Virus record (IMG/VR): IMGVR_UViG_3300030380_004631
Coordinates: 1-63,122 of that record
DNA: 63,122 nt
DNA from: a virus
Lineage: Duplodnaviria > Caudoviricetes
Strand: one strand, 5' to 3'
Below are positions 10,106 through 19,405 of the stretch, piece after piece. Below the pieces are notes generated by a model. That model was not told the origin of the DNA. It ran no database searches and saw nothing but the letters and a program-made list of their open reading frames with translations. The stretch's first letter is position 1. Every line of letters starts with the position of its first letter. The translations under genes and the position numbers were made by a program.

Positions 10106-10614
10106 TCTACTATTTCAATGTTGCCGCTAATGGTCATAGTCTGATCACTATTCTTAACCATATGTTGTAGATAACTTGGAAATACAACCATATCACCTTG
10201 AACAACATTAGGTTGTATTGTGGGTTGTATATAATGTTCAAGTCCTAAAGCATAAATCATATCATATGCTGGGTGATAAAAAACAGTCTGGGGTTTTTGT
10301 ATCTTCTCATAAATAGAAAAACTAAAATGTGATTTAGCATGCATATGTCTATCTTGAAAAGTGTTTTGATAAATGTTTCGCCAAATTTGTATTAATCTTA
10401 TTTTTTTTACATTTACATCAATAAGACAATTAGATATTTTATTTAGTAGATAGCTTTCACCATTTTCGCTAAAAACATTATCTTCTGGATTATCACTAAA
10501 AGAAGATAAAGTTCGACTACTCCAATGTTCCTTAAAATTTTTACTGCTAAGAAATAATTTTTGTGGTTCTATTTTAGTTACCCAAACAGGACTACCAAAC
10601 AATTGTTGAAACAT
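10102..10614 (-). CDS. 2OG-Fe(II) oxygenase (HxH type)
   Basis: W..RHMH, FPSYLQHMV and TISGN motifs; stop overlaps the carbamoyltransferase start. Confidence 0.75.
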   Translation of the reverse strand: MFQQLFGSPVWVTKIEPQKLFLSSKNFKEHWSSRTLSSFSDNPEDNVFSENGESYLLNKISNCLIDVNVKKIRLIQIWRNIYQNTFQDRHMHAKSHFSFSIYEKIQKPQTVFYHPAYDMIYALGLEHYIQPTIQPNVVQGDMVVFPSYLQHMVKNSDQTMTISGNIEIVE

Positions 10615-10814
10615 TATTCTTTGGTTTTACTAACTAACTCCAATTTTGCAACCTTTATTTCTAGGTCTTGTTGAAAATCATCCACAGTAGTGTCAGTGTT
10701 GGGATCAGCAACATCAGAATCAAAATGAGCTTTGCTATCATACACCTTACCTGTTCTTTTGTGCTTAACAATTTCTTTCGCTACCGCTGGTATCTTAATC
10801 AAATCGTCAGACAT
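10614..10814 (-). CDS. Hypothetical protein
   Basis: 66-aa ORF coupled to its neighbours. Confidence 0.6.
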   Translation of the reverse strand: MSDDLIKIPAVAKEIVKHKRTGKVYDSKAHFDSDVADPNTDTTVDDFQQDLEIKVAKLELVSKTKE

Positions 10815-11035
10815 TATTTTATTACCTCTGTTTCATTTAACTTTTCGTTTCCTATTTGCTTATCTATTTTATACACTTCTGAACGTAATTCAACTGCTGC
10901 CCCCATTAATTTTCCTGCAAACTTAGCAGCTCCTTCAACAGATAAATCAAAATATTTTTGTTTATTAATTATTTTTATTTCATCAAGTGTAAACTCAATT
11001 CTAAACTCTTTGCCTTGTATCCTCTTAAAAATCAT
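10814..11035 (-). CDS. Hypothetical protein
   Basis: 73-aa ORF coupled to its neighbours. Confidence 0.55.
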   Translation of the reverse strand: MIFKRIQGKEFRIEFTLDEIKIINKQKYFDLSVEGAAKFAGKLMGAAVELRSEVYKIDKQIGNEKLNETEVIK

Positions 11036-11172
11036 ACTCTTCCTTGTCCTTTATAGCGTTGTTTTTTCATTCTTCTTTTCTCATCCTTATTTTTATTTTT
11101 CTTGTGTGCCCCAGGTCCTCTTTTCTTAGGTTTGTCTCTAGGTATAAAATGGGTAAATTTTTGTTTAGCCAT
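11032..11172 (-). CDS. Small basic protein (46 aa)
   Basis: Hand-translated MAKQKFTHFIPRDKPKKRGPG...RYKGQGRV; fills the gap with overlapping start and stop. Confidence 0.6.
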   Translation of the reverse strand: MAKQKFTHFIPRDKPKKRGPGAHKKNKNKDEKRRMKKQRYKGQGRV

Positions 11173-11509
11173 TCTGATCTGATCTGTTTATTAATGCATA
11201 AGATATTACTCCTTGAATTGCACTAGCTGTATCAGCTTGTATTTTTATACTATCGCTTTCTTCTAACACTAAAACCTTACCCGCAACATCAGTCTCCGTA
11301 GAAGCGTTTGCAACAGTCTTGTGAAAAAATTCTATATTACTTGCTGCACTATTATCCTTTACTTTGCATTTAACTAAAATACTTCCTGCAGTTTGATTTG
11401 TTATATTCATACCTTTTATTAAAGCTCTTGATTGAGAATCAATAGTCAACACAGTTGTAAGATTACTTGTTGTCAGCTCAAAAGATTGATTCTTGTATTG
11501 TAAAGACAT
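11165..11509 (-). CDS. Small beta-rich structural protein
   Basis: 114 aa, KVLVLEESDSIK pattern, located in the tail region. Confidence 0.55.
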   Translation of the reverse strand: MSLQYKNQSFELTTSNLTTVLTIDSQSRALIKGMNITNQTAGSILVKCKVKDNSAASNIEFFHKTVANASTETDVAGKVLVLEESDSIKIQADTASAIQGVISYALINRSDQNG

Positions 11510-11673
11510 TAATTATTAAACCAAGTAAATGCTTGGTCCTCCTCTGTTTGATCAACTTGAAACGTAGTATTAAGTTGGTCTTTTAAAGTTCTCAAGGCTT
11601 GTGCAATTTGCCTTTGGTTATCTTCAGTATATTCACTAGTAGGTTCTGGAATAATAATGTTAATTTTTGCCAT
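11509..11673 (-). CDS. Small hypothetical protein (54 aa)
   Basis: Hand-translated MAKINIIIPEPTSEY...FTWFNN; TAATG coupling to the next gene. Confidence 0.65.
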   Translation of the reverse strand: MAKINIIIPEPTSEYTEDNQRQIAQALRTLKDQLNTTFQVDQTEEDQAFTWFNN

Positions 11674-11675
11674 AG

Positions 11676-12227
11676 TTAAATATAAACCATATTAAATGAT
11701 AATGCTAGTCGATCTTCTTGTGATCTATTAGTCTCTACCTCATGAGGCACCCAACACGGAAAAAATAGTATACCTTTTTCTACAGGTTTCAAAGAAAATT
11801 GATGCCAAAAACATTTGTCTTTTGAGTTTAAATCTTTGTGTTGAGCCACAGGGTTTGGGTTAGAAAATATTATGTTACCTGAATTTTCAGGTGTTCTCAT
11901 ATAATATACTCCAGACAAATCACATCCACCATGTATATGATTTTTGTTTCTAGAACCAGGTGGGTTTTTACAAATCCAAGCAGTTGTTATAGATACACTT
12001 TGATTTGTAGTATCCTTAAATAACTCTTCTATTTTATTTTTAGAATATGCAAAGGGTCCTACTGAACACAAATTTTGTGTTTGAATAGAACCATCTACAG
12101 AACTTTTCTGTGCCATGTAATTATTTTTTACTGATTCATCAAATATTTTTAATAACAAATCAATATTTAAATTTAATTGTGAGCTCCATAATGGAGTTTC
12201 AAATAACTCATTTCGTATCATATCCAA
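11676..12227 (-). CDS. 2OG-Fe(II) oxygenase (TIGR02466-like)
   Basis: LFETPLW, AW, NHIH, SGVYY, FPCWVPHEV and RLALSFN motifs. Confidence 0.85.
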   Translation of the reverse strand: MDMIRNELFETPLWSSQLNLNIDLLLKIFDESVKNNYMAQKSSVDGSIQTQNLCSVGPFAYSKNKIEELFKDTTNQSVSITTAWICKNPPGSRNKNHIHGGCDLSGVYYMRTPENSGNIIFSNPNPVAQHKDLNSKDKCFWHQFSLKPVEKGILFFPCWVPHEVETNRSQEDRLALSFNMVYI

Positions 12228-12715
12228 AAAAATCCATTAAGTGTTAATCGACAATCATCTTCTTGTCCATAATTTAATAAGGATTTATGTGGATAAGAAC
12301 CTTTAAAATATATAGCTCTGTTTTGTACAAAATTTATTGTCATTTGTTTTTCTTCTCCTTGATAAAAAACTGTACCAGAATCTAAATTTGTTTTAGATAA
12401 ATAAACTATTAAAGCATATTCACTAGCGTCAGTATGCACCCAATCCTTAGAATTATCTTCACTATACCTTTTATGAAATCCTAAATTTATCCCTTTGTGT
12501 TTTACAACAGAAAACTTTTTTTTTGTAATATTTACAATGTAATCGTGTAATGTTTCGTCATGAAATAAATTTTTAGTTCTTTTACCAGGCCAAGTATTTA
12601 TTTCACCAGTGTCAAAACTGAATTGATCTGCATCAAAATATTCTCTTTTATTTGCTTGCTGCAAAATAAAATCAAAATCATCAAAAAAATTATCTACTAC
12701 TTGTAGATCTTGCAT
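12218..12715 (-). CDS. 2OG-Fe(II) oxygenase (HxD type)
   Basis: VVDNFF, WPGKRT, WVHTD, SGTVFY, NRA..F...YPH and RLT motifs. Confidence 0.8.
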   Translation of the reverse strand: MQDLQVVDNFFDDFDFILQQANKREYFDADQFSFDTGEINTWPGKRTKNLFHDETLHDYIVNITKKKFSVVKHKGINLGFHKRYSEDNSKDWVHTDASEYALIVYLSKTNLDSGTVFYQGEEKQMTINFVQNRAIYFKGSYPHKSLLNYGQEDDCRLTLNGFFWI

Positions 12716-12718
12716 GTG

Positions 12719-13441
12719 TTATCCGTGTAGTGCAGCACCTCTTTCAGCAGAATCGAAGCCGCTTCTACTCGCACTTCTTGTTGATCCGCTACTTGTTTGA
12801 TCTGCTCCATAGTTTTCTCGTCCAGTATCTTTGTCAGTGAAACTGCCTTTGTTGGTATTATACTTACCACTATCTATGTCTGCTTGCACCCTTTTTATAT
12901 CACCTCTTCTTTGTACAGCTTCTCTTACTTTTTGATCTCTTTTTGCCTGCATGTAAGCTGCAAGTGTTTTTGATCTACCAAATAAGCTGCCTTGAATACT
13001 ATCGTTTATTCCTCCAAAGAAGCTCGCTATGCCTGCAATAGGGGCAAAGGCTAGGCCTAGTCCCGTTCCAACGGCTGCAGGCAATCCTAGGGCCTTAGCA
13101 CCTAGACTTATACCCATTCTTTTTAAAGTATCTGGTATTTGTTTTTTCGGAGGTTCATTGTAATTAGATTTTTCCATTAACATTGGATCATCTGGTGCAT
13201 ATGTAAAACCATCTTGATAAACCAAAGGACCAATACCTGTATTAGGAGCATTTAATGTACCCATGTTTAAACTCATGTCACTACCAGCTAAGGTTTGTAA
13301 ACCTTGTTGATTTTGAAACCCTTGTTGAATAACATCCATTGCAGCAGCATTAACATTCTGCATTCTCTGATTTTGATTATATGTATCTGCAGCGTTTTGT
13401 GCTAATTGACGATTATATTGTTCTAAAATTAAATCTTCCAT
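12719..13441 (-). CDS. Hypothetical virion-associated protein
   Basis: 240 aa with a hydrophobic Gly/Ala segment; coupled to the nozzle gene. Confidence 0.5.
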   Translation of the reverse strand: MEDLILEQYNRQLAQNAADTYNQNQRMQNVNAAAMDVIQQGFQNQQGLQTLAGSDMSLNMGTLNAPNTGIGPLVYQDGFTYAPDDPMLMEKSNYNEPPKKQIPDTLKRMGISLGAKALGLPAAVGTGLGLAFAPIAGIASFFGGINDSIQGSLFGRSKTLAAYMQAKRDQKVREAVQRRGDIKRVQADIDSGKYNTNKGSFTDKDTGRENYGADQTSSGSTRSASRSGFDSAERGAALHG

Positions 13442-15594
13442 TATCCTCTCATACCATCTGGTTGTACATCAGCTCTAAATGTTCCAAATCTCCAGTTTTG
13501 TCCTGTAGATAAGTTTGCAACTTTTAAACTAGCAAATCTAGATCTTGCACGTGTATCAACCTTATCAGTTGTACTATTAATTGTAAATGGTCCAAGTGGA
13601 GAGGACGCTGCGGTGTCCGTTGGATAGTCGCGTAAATTAATGGTTACTTCAGCATCACCAACTAATAATTTAAAATCTGGAATGAATCGTTTCATACTCA
13701 TAAAAAATTGACCATCACCACCATCAGATAAGTCAAAGTCACCTGATTGTATAAATGCAGGGATTGCAGTTGCGTTACCTAAAAAATCTACTTCATCATT
13801 ACCAACTTCATGTGCATAGTATGTAGATGCACCATTAGCTGCACTTACTCCTAGTATTGTAGGAAAAGATGGCGTTCCAGTATTACTAAACTCAGAAGCA
13901 TATGGATTGTCATAGAGTGTTGCGTCATACCAAGAAGTTCTAGCTAAGGATCCTGTTGTCCAAGTGTTTTCTGTGTAATTAAAAGTTACTACTCTATCAA
14001 TAGCAAAAGAGCCAGCTTTAGGATAGAACCAACTTATTTCTTCATACAAGTGATTTAGTCCAGCATAAATTTGTTCACCAGATGTAAAATTTATACCTAA
14101 ATTATTTCCTTTAGATGTAAAAACAAAATCTTCTACCAAACAAGGTACGTTTTTAACTGTACCGTCATAAACAAAGAAACCACCTGCTTGTCCCATCCAA
14201 TAAACTTTACCATTAACATATTTAATAGAATGTTGACCTATAGCTCCACAATTACTTCCTACCTGCCTTATAGAAAATGTAAAAGGTGGTCCAACGAATT
14301 GCATTACATATGCAGAAGTATCTGTAAGAATTAGAATATAATCTTTTGCTTTAGCAGCACCAACAATCTTAACCCCAGAGTCAAGTCTAAAAGTACCTGC
14401 AGTATTAGTTGATGTTGGTAAATATGTATCTATAGTTTCTTGATCTGAAAATCTAATAAACATTTTATCTTGAGATGTGGTTTGTCCTATATTTGTTTCT
14501 GTACCAAGTATAATTAAGTGTCTATCTCTTTCTGAAACAATAGACATTACAGATCTCGTTGGAGCTCCAGTTACTACTGTAGCTCTTGTTTGAAGAGCAT
14601 TACCCGTAGCTTGTATAGGATTCCATTCATATGTTTTACCGTTCTTTACTGTAGCAATAAGTTTTTCACCAAAGTGGTCTAGTGACCAAGAAGCAGGTTC
14701 TAGAATTACTGAACTCGTTGTAGATTCTTGTCCCCAAGCTGTATAATATTCGACTGTAGCTCCATTCAAATGTGCTGTCCTTGTTCCTGCAACAGCTCTT
14801 GTTATTCCTTCTAAAACATTTCCGGTAACAGCAGTGTATGAAATAAACTCAGTCCCCACCTTGATAGTTCCTGAGTTTGGAAAATTTGTTGTGCTTGTCA
14901 ATGTAATTTCTGTTGATGACCCATTATTACCTGCAGTATCATCAGCTAAAGATCCATCGAGAGTTGATAAGGTTCCTGTTGCCCCACCGTATGAAGATGT
15001 ACCCCAACCGTAACCAGCTGTCTGCGTTAGAGGACCTACATTAACATAGGGATTTACGGTAGCAGATCCTGCAGCACTGGTCGTTCCTGTTGCTGCGGTG
15101 GCCATTGTCACTGTAAACGTATCCGCTGAAGGTGCAGATACAACTTCGAAAGTATTGGTCGTAAAGTCAGATGTTGAATAACCAGATCCTACTGGAACTA
15201 CAACAGAAGTAAATGTAAGTAAGTCACCAGCTACTAAACCATGAGCAGTTTTGTTTACAGTCACTTGTGATTGTGTGTCCGTAGTATCAAAGGTAACTCC
15301 TGTAATAGTTCTATCAAAAGGTGTAATATCGTAAAAATTACCCTCGTAATAAATAATTAATGCTTTGTTAGTACCAAGTGCTGCATATCTTCTACCATCT
15401 AGGTCAGCCCAAATAAGTTGTTCTCTTACTGCTCCAACAACAGTCTTATCTGTTATTTGTTCCCACCCACCTATTTTTTCAGGCAAGCCGTATCTAAATC
15501 TTACAAAGTCACCATCTGTCCACTGGCCTTCAGCACCAGTTGCAGTAACTTGTTTATTAAATCCAGGTCTAATTTGTACGTTTGTTAATGGCAT
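13441..15594 (-). CDS. Tail nozzle / DNA stabilization protein (P22 gp10 / T7 gp12-like)
   Basis: 717-aa beta-propeller-like protein, IRFSDQE and GSNCG motifs, with an inserted Thr-rich domain; position after the adaptors. Confidence 0.75.
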   Translation of the reverse strand: MPLTNVQIRPGFNKQVTATGAEGQWTDGDFVRFRYGLPEKIGGWEQITDKTVVGAVREQLIWADLDGRRYAALGTNKALIIYYEGNFYDITPFDRTITGVTFDTTDTQSQVTVNKTAHGLVAGDLLTFTSVVVPVGSGYSTSDFTTNTFEVVSAPSADTFTVTMATAATGTTSAAGSATVNPYVNVGPLTQTAGYGWGTSSYGGATGTLSTLDGSLADDTAGNNGSSTEITLTSTTNFPNSGTIKVGTEFISYTAVTGNVLEGITRAVAGTRTAHLNGATVEYYTAWGQESTTSSVILEPASWSLDHFGEKLIATVKNGKTYEWNPIQATGNALQTRATVVTGAPTRSVMSIVSERDRHLIILGTETNIGQTTSQDKMFIRFSDQETIDTYLPTSTNTAGTFRLDSGVKIVGAAKAKDYILILTDTSAYVMQFVGPPFTFSIRQVGSNCGAIGQHSIKYVNGKVYWMGQAGGFFVYDGTVKNVPCLVEDFVFTSKGNNLGINFTSGEQIYAGLNHLYEEISWFYPKAGSFAIDRVVTFNYTENTWTTGSLARTSWYDATLYDNPYASEFSNTGTPSFPTILGVSAANGASTYYAHEVGNDEVDFLGNATAIPAFIQSGDFDLSDGGDGQFFMSMKRFIPDFKLLVGDAEVTINLRDYPTDTAASSPLGPFTINSTTDKVDTRARSRFASLKVANLSTGQNWRFGTFRADVQPDGMRG

Positions 15595-15617
15595 AATTTT
15601 AAACCATTATATCAAAT

Positions 15618-16193
15618 TTATCGCTTAATTGTAACCTTGGGATAGCCTATCCCAATTCTCTTATCATATTTCCAGTCCTTATAAGGACCGTTTTGGTCAA
15701 CATAATGTAAAAATACTTGTGCTTGTCCATCACCTGAATACTCATCTCTCCAATGTTCATTATCAATACCTTCATAAATAACACCATCACCAGGCTCTAA
15801 GTTAATTTCTGATTTACCAATATAGATTGGCCATGGTGTTCCATCTCCAGCTATGTTAATTGTAACAGATATCTCACAAGATTCTCTGTCAATGTGTTTT
15901 GCTAGGTGTGCACCATAAGAATACATTCTCCAAAAAGTATATGTTGGAAATAATTTTAAATTTGTTGCTCTTTCCATTAGGTCTACTTTTGATAATAATA
16001 AAGATTCCATTATTGGATCGTCATAAAAACAAGTATCCATATTATCGCTTTGTCCTGAGCCATCAAAATTTTTAGTATTAAACCTATGTTGTATACTAGT
16101 GTAGTGCTCTAATAATAATTGTTCTTCTTTAGTAAGCATATTTTTAATTACCATGTAACCGTTTTTTATCTTGCCCATGCTACGATACTCCAT
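15618..16193 (-). CDS. 2OG-Fe(II) oxygenase
   Basis: RMY..G..LAKHIDRESCEISVT, EHWR and QVFLHY motifs. Confidence 0.8.
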   Translation of the reverse strand: MEYRSMGKIKNGYMVIKNMLTKEEQLLLEHYTSIQHRFNTKNFDGSGQSDNMDTCFYDDPIMESLLLSKVDLMERATNLKLFPTYTFWRMYSYGAHLAKHIDRESCEISVTINIAGDGTPWPIYIGKSEINLEPGDGVIYEGIDNEHWRDEYSGDGQAQVFLHYVDQNGPYKDWKYDKRIGIGYPKVTIKR

Positions 16194-16765
16194 CTTACAC
16201 CTTTAGTTACAGGCTCAACTCCATGTGGATATAAAAAATTACTAGGCCATACAACTAAAGAATTAGGTTCTGGTTTAAGTCTCATCATTTCATTATCTCT
16301 ATCATTAAAAACTAAATCACCACCCTCAAAGTCATTGTTCAATCTATAAATAAAACTTAGTGTTCTTGATATATTAAAATGATCATCTGTGTGTTGTATG
16401 TAGTGACCACCTACTGGGTATTTTAATATTTGAATATCGGTGACATCACTTACACGAAGATGTTCGTATTGTTTATTATAATGTCTACAAGCTTTTCTAA
16501 AAGCAGCCAATAAAAAATTACACCAATGTTGATCTGTTTTAGAATCGTTTAAGTTTGTAAGACAATAATTATTAGTGTTTCTAATTTTTTTCTCAATAAA
16601 TTCATTTTTTTGTATACCACCTTCTCCTATTATTGCAGCATCACCAAATTTATTCTCTGCATCTAATTTATTTATGTACTTCATTAATTTAGTGAGCACT
16701 CTGTAATCAAGAAACTCATTTATTTTAAATATGTGATCTGTTAGCGAAAAGTTTTTTTGTTCCAT
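16166..16765 (-). CDS. Prolyl 4-hydroxylase-like 2OG-Fe(II) oxygenase
   Basis: QILKYPVGGHYIQHTD, LNNDFEGGDL and YPHGVEPVTKGVRWSIV motifs. Confidence 0.88.
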   Translation of the reverse strand: MEQKNFSLTDHIFKINEFLDYRVLTKLMKYINKLDAENKFGDAAIIGEGGIQKNEFIEKKIRNTNNYCLTNLNDSKTDQHWCNFLLAAFRKACRHYNKQYEHLRVSDVTDIQILKYPVGGHYIQHTDDHFNISRTLSFIYRLNNDFEGGDLVFNDRDNEMMRLKPEPNSLVVWPSNFLYPHGVEPVTKGVRWSIVAWAR

Positions 16766-17478
16766 GCAATATTCTTATACTTATGTTTTAGAATTGTAAA
16801 CCATCGATATGTGTAACTATCCGAAGCACTTTGCCTTTGTGTTTTAACTTCCATTTTCCAAGCTTCTCTTTTGAAAGGTATTACTTGAGCAAACACAGTA
16901 CCCTTCTTGACAGTAAATTCTAGTTTAGGGTATTTGTCTCCATTTACAATAAATGGGAAATTTGTTTCCATTGGGTAAGTATCTGTATCAACAATACCAG
17001 GTATAATTTCAAACCTATCATCTTTGTTATTAAGTGGAGGCACAAACAAACAACTATAGTTTTTAGGTGTTCTAACTGTAAATGGATAAACTATTTTATT
17101 TACTTTTAAATTTGAATTTCTATTTAATAGTGAAGATCCTTCTAACTGCCATCTAGGATGTTCGGCATTACCTCTTTTGTTTACATTAATAGCTAATCTA
17201 TCGTAGAACTCTGGATTAGCATGATACGGGCATTTCATTTCAGTATTAGGTCTATTATCGTCATCAAGAAAATTGTGTTTAATGTAAATATCAGAAGTTG
17301 TTTTGAGAGCATACCCAGTGGTAATTGTATCTAAAAAAGGCATGCAGTTTTTAACTAAATCTTTTTTACCATCAAGTTTTTTAAACCACTCTGGTATATT
17401 TAATTTAATTGGAACAGGTAAAATTGATTTGTCAGTAGCTATTTCTGGCTGAGTATAAAACTCTATGATTTGACTCAT
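16741..17478 (-). CDS. DUF6065-like protein with dUTPase-like beta motifs
   Basis: VKNCMPFLD..TGY, TPKNYSCLF, GIVDTD and KKGTVFAQVIPF motifs. Confidence 0.5.
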   Translation of the reverse strand: MSQIIEFYTQPEIATDKSILPVPIKLNIPEWFKKLDGKKDLVKNCMPFLDTITTGYALKTTSDIYIKHNFLDDDNRPNTEMKCPYHANPEFYDRLAINVNKRGNAEHPRWQLEGSSLLNRNSNLKVNKIVYPFTVRTPKNYSCLFVPPLNNKDDRFEIIPGIVDTDTYPMETNFPFIVNGDKYPKLEFTVKKGTVFAQVIPFKREAWKMEVKTQRQSASDSYTYRWFTILKHKYKNIAWNKKTFR

Positions 17479-17509
17479 AGAGAATATATATACAATTATT
17501 TAAAAAATA

Positions 17510-17968
17510 CTACGGTAATCTTTTAATGTTTCTAAATTCAGTAATATCACCATTTGTTTCTAATGGTAATATAGCGTTATTTCCGTTTGTTGGAAATGTA
17601 GTTGTAACTGAATCTAAATCTAGATTTCTTAGCTCATTTAAGTAAGCTGTCCAAGCAGAAATTGATGCTGCATCTGTAGCTTTAGCACAAACAAGCCATT
17701 TATTTATTGCATCTATTTCGTGATTAATGTCAGCTTGAGTATCTTCTTTACTAAAGTCAACTGGATTATGATTAACTCCCCAATCAATACTTCCTCCGTT
17801 TTCACGGCATTCATGAGTTGAGTTGTGGACTTTTGCATAATCTTCATCTGAAACAGTTACCCAAATTACATAAGGTGCATGTTCGTTGATTGCAGCTTTT
17901 TCAGCATCACTTGATGCAAGAAAATCTGGTGTATGTCCTTCGTGATAAAATCCAATGTGTTTAGCCAT
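17510..17968 (-). CDS. Tail-fibre-associated protein / chaperone
   Basis: WTAYLNELRNL resembles the tail fibre assembly motif; directly follows the fibre gene; SD GGAG. Confidence 0.5.
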   Translation of the reverse strand: MAKHIGFYHEGHTPDFLASSDAEKAAINEHAPYVIWVTVSDEDYAKVHNSTHECRENGGSIDWGVNHNPVDFSKEDTQADINHEIDAINKWLVCAKATDAASISAWTAYLNELRNLDLDSVTTTFPTNGNNAILPLETNGDITEFRNIKRLP

Positions 17969-17980
17969 AATTTATTCTCC

Positions 17981-19369
17981 TTAATTCTTAACCATTATAC
18001 CAATGAATGCAGTACCCGAAGCAGCAAAACCTGCCTGTGTTGGAACAATTGCTGGACTTGGTGAGTTTTGGTTTGTCTCTGCTCCAAGACCACCTACGTT
18101 ATTTCCATATTCACCTAATGTACCAGGTGTTGAAAATACATTTTTCATAATGTGTCCACTAATTGCTTTAGGGTTTACAAATGTATTGTTTAAAGTTCCG
18201 TCACCACCGTTTGAACCATAAGCATTTGTAGGTGCTAACGGGCTGTAACTTACTGTTGCTAATGGGTTAACAGGAGGTAATGCGATACCTCTGTTAGAAG
18301 GGTTTCCTCCAGATTGAGGTCCTCTGTTTCCACCGTCTCCACCAGTTCCTCCCGGTGCAGTAATAAAGTTAGTTACAATAGTGTCTCCACCTGCTTGTCC
18401 TGGATTTGGCCCTGATGGTCCACCAGTTCCTGCTGCTCCAAGTGTGTATGGAGATGAAGCTAATGCAGTTGATAAAGTTGTTACGAAGAAAACCATTCCT
18501 CCAGCAGAACCTTGAGCACCACCGAATGGACCACCGTTTTGACCAAGGTTTCCACCTCCGCCACCGGCTCCTCCTTGTGCATAAACCATAACTTCTGATC
18601 CAGCTTTCATTTTAGTTTCTGGGTTTGCAATAACACCAGTATCACCGTTTCCTTGAACAAAAAATAATTCGTCTGCTTCACCAGCTGATCCAGAAGATGC
18701 TGCAGTAACTTGTCCTTGAGCATTTACTGTAATACTAGCAACTGTGTAATCACCAGCAGTTACTGTTGTTGCAGAAAGTTTTGCTGATGTAATAGCAGCA
18801 TCCGCTACTTTAGCGGTTACAATTTGGTTTGCTGAAATAGCTGCAGATAAAACTGCATTGTCTGCTATTTTTGTGCTTATAATTTGGTTAGCAGAAATTT
18901 TTGCACTTGTAATTGAATCATCATCAATTTGTCCTGTTCCGATAGTTCCACCTAATGTGTCTAACGCGATTTCATTCATGTTAGTTCCATCAGAATATGC
19001 AGCAATAATTTTTGCTTCAGTTGTTACAAAACCAGTTCCAGAAACAGTTTTAATAGTTAAATTTTGTGGAGCTACAACTGATCTCATATCTATGATGTAG
19101 AATTTTTCTATTCCATCTGGAATAGTTACAGTAGAAGCACCAGATAAAGTTCCAGTAAATTTAAGAACCATATTTCTTGCATTTGATAGGTTTGCATCTG
19201 ACATTGCTAATGCAACATTTCCACCATCGTTAAGTGCAATTGATTCGAAACCAGCGATTGCTTGTTGAACTAAGTTTAAATTTGAATTTGTTTTATCACC
19301 CCATGTACCCGCGTTTTCACCGGTTACCATTAACTCCAGTTTAAGGTCTGTTGAATAACTTGATGCCAT
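17981..19369 (-). CDS. Tail fibre with Gly/Pro-rich C-terminal domain
   Basis: N-terminal GENAGTWG anchor, 10-aa ITSAKI repeats, GGAGGGGG-type Gly-rich tip. Confidence 0.75.
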   Translation of the reverse strand: MASSYSTDLKLELMVTGENAGTWGDKTNSNLNLVQQAIAGFESIALNDGGNVALAMSDANLSNARNMVLKFTGTLSGASTVTIPDGIEKFYIIDMRSVVAPQNLTIKTVSGTGFVTTEAKIIAAYSDGTNMNEIALDTLGGTIGTGQIDDDSITSAKISANQIISTKIADNAVLSAAISANQIVTAKVADAAITSAKLSATTVTAGDYTVASITVNAQGQVTAASSGSAGEADELFFVQGNGDTGVIANPETKMKAGSEVMVYAQGGAGGGGGNLGQNGGPFGGAQGSAGGMVFFVTTLSTALASSPYTLGAAGTGGPSGPNPGQAGGDTIVTNFITAPGGTGGDGGNRGPQSGGNPSNRGIALPPVNPLATVSYSPLAPTNAYGSNGGDGTLNNTFVNPKAISGHIMKNVFSTPGTLGEYGNNVGGLGAETNQNSPSPAIVPTQAGFAASGTAFIGIMVKN

Positions 19370-19405
19370 AAAATTTTCTCCTAAATAATTTTTATTTTAC
19401 CTTAT

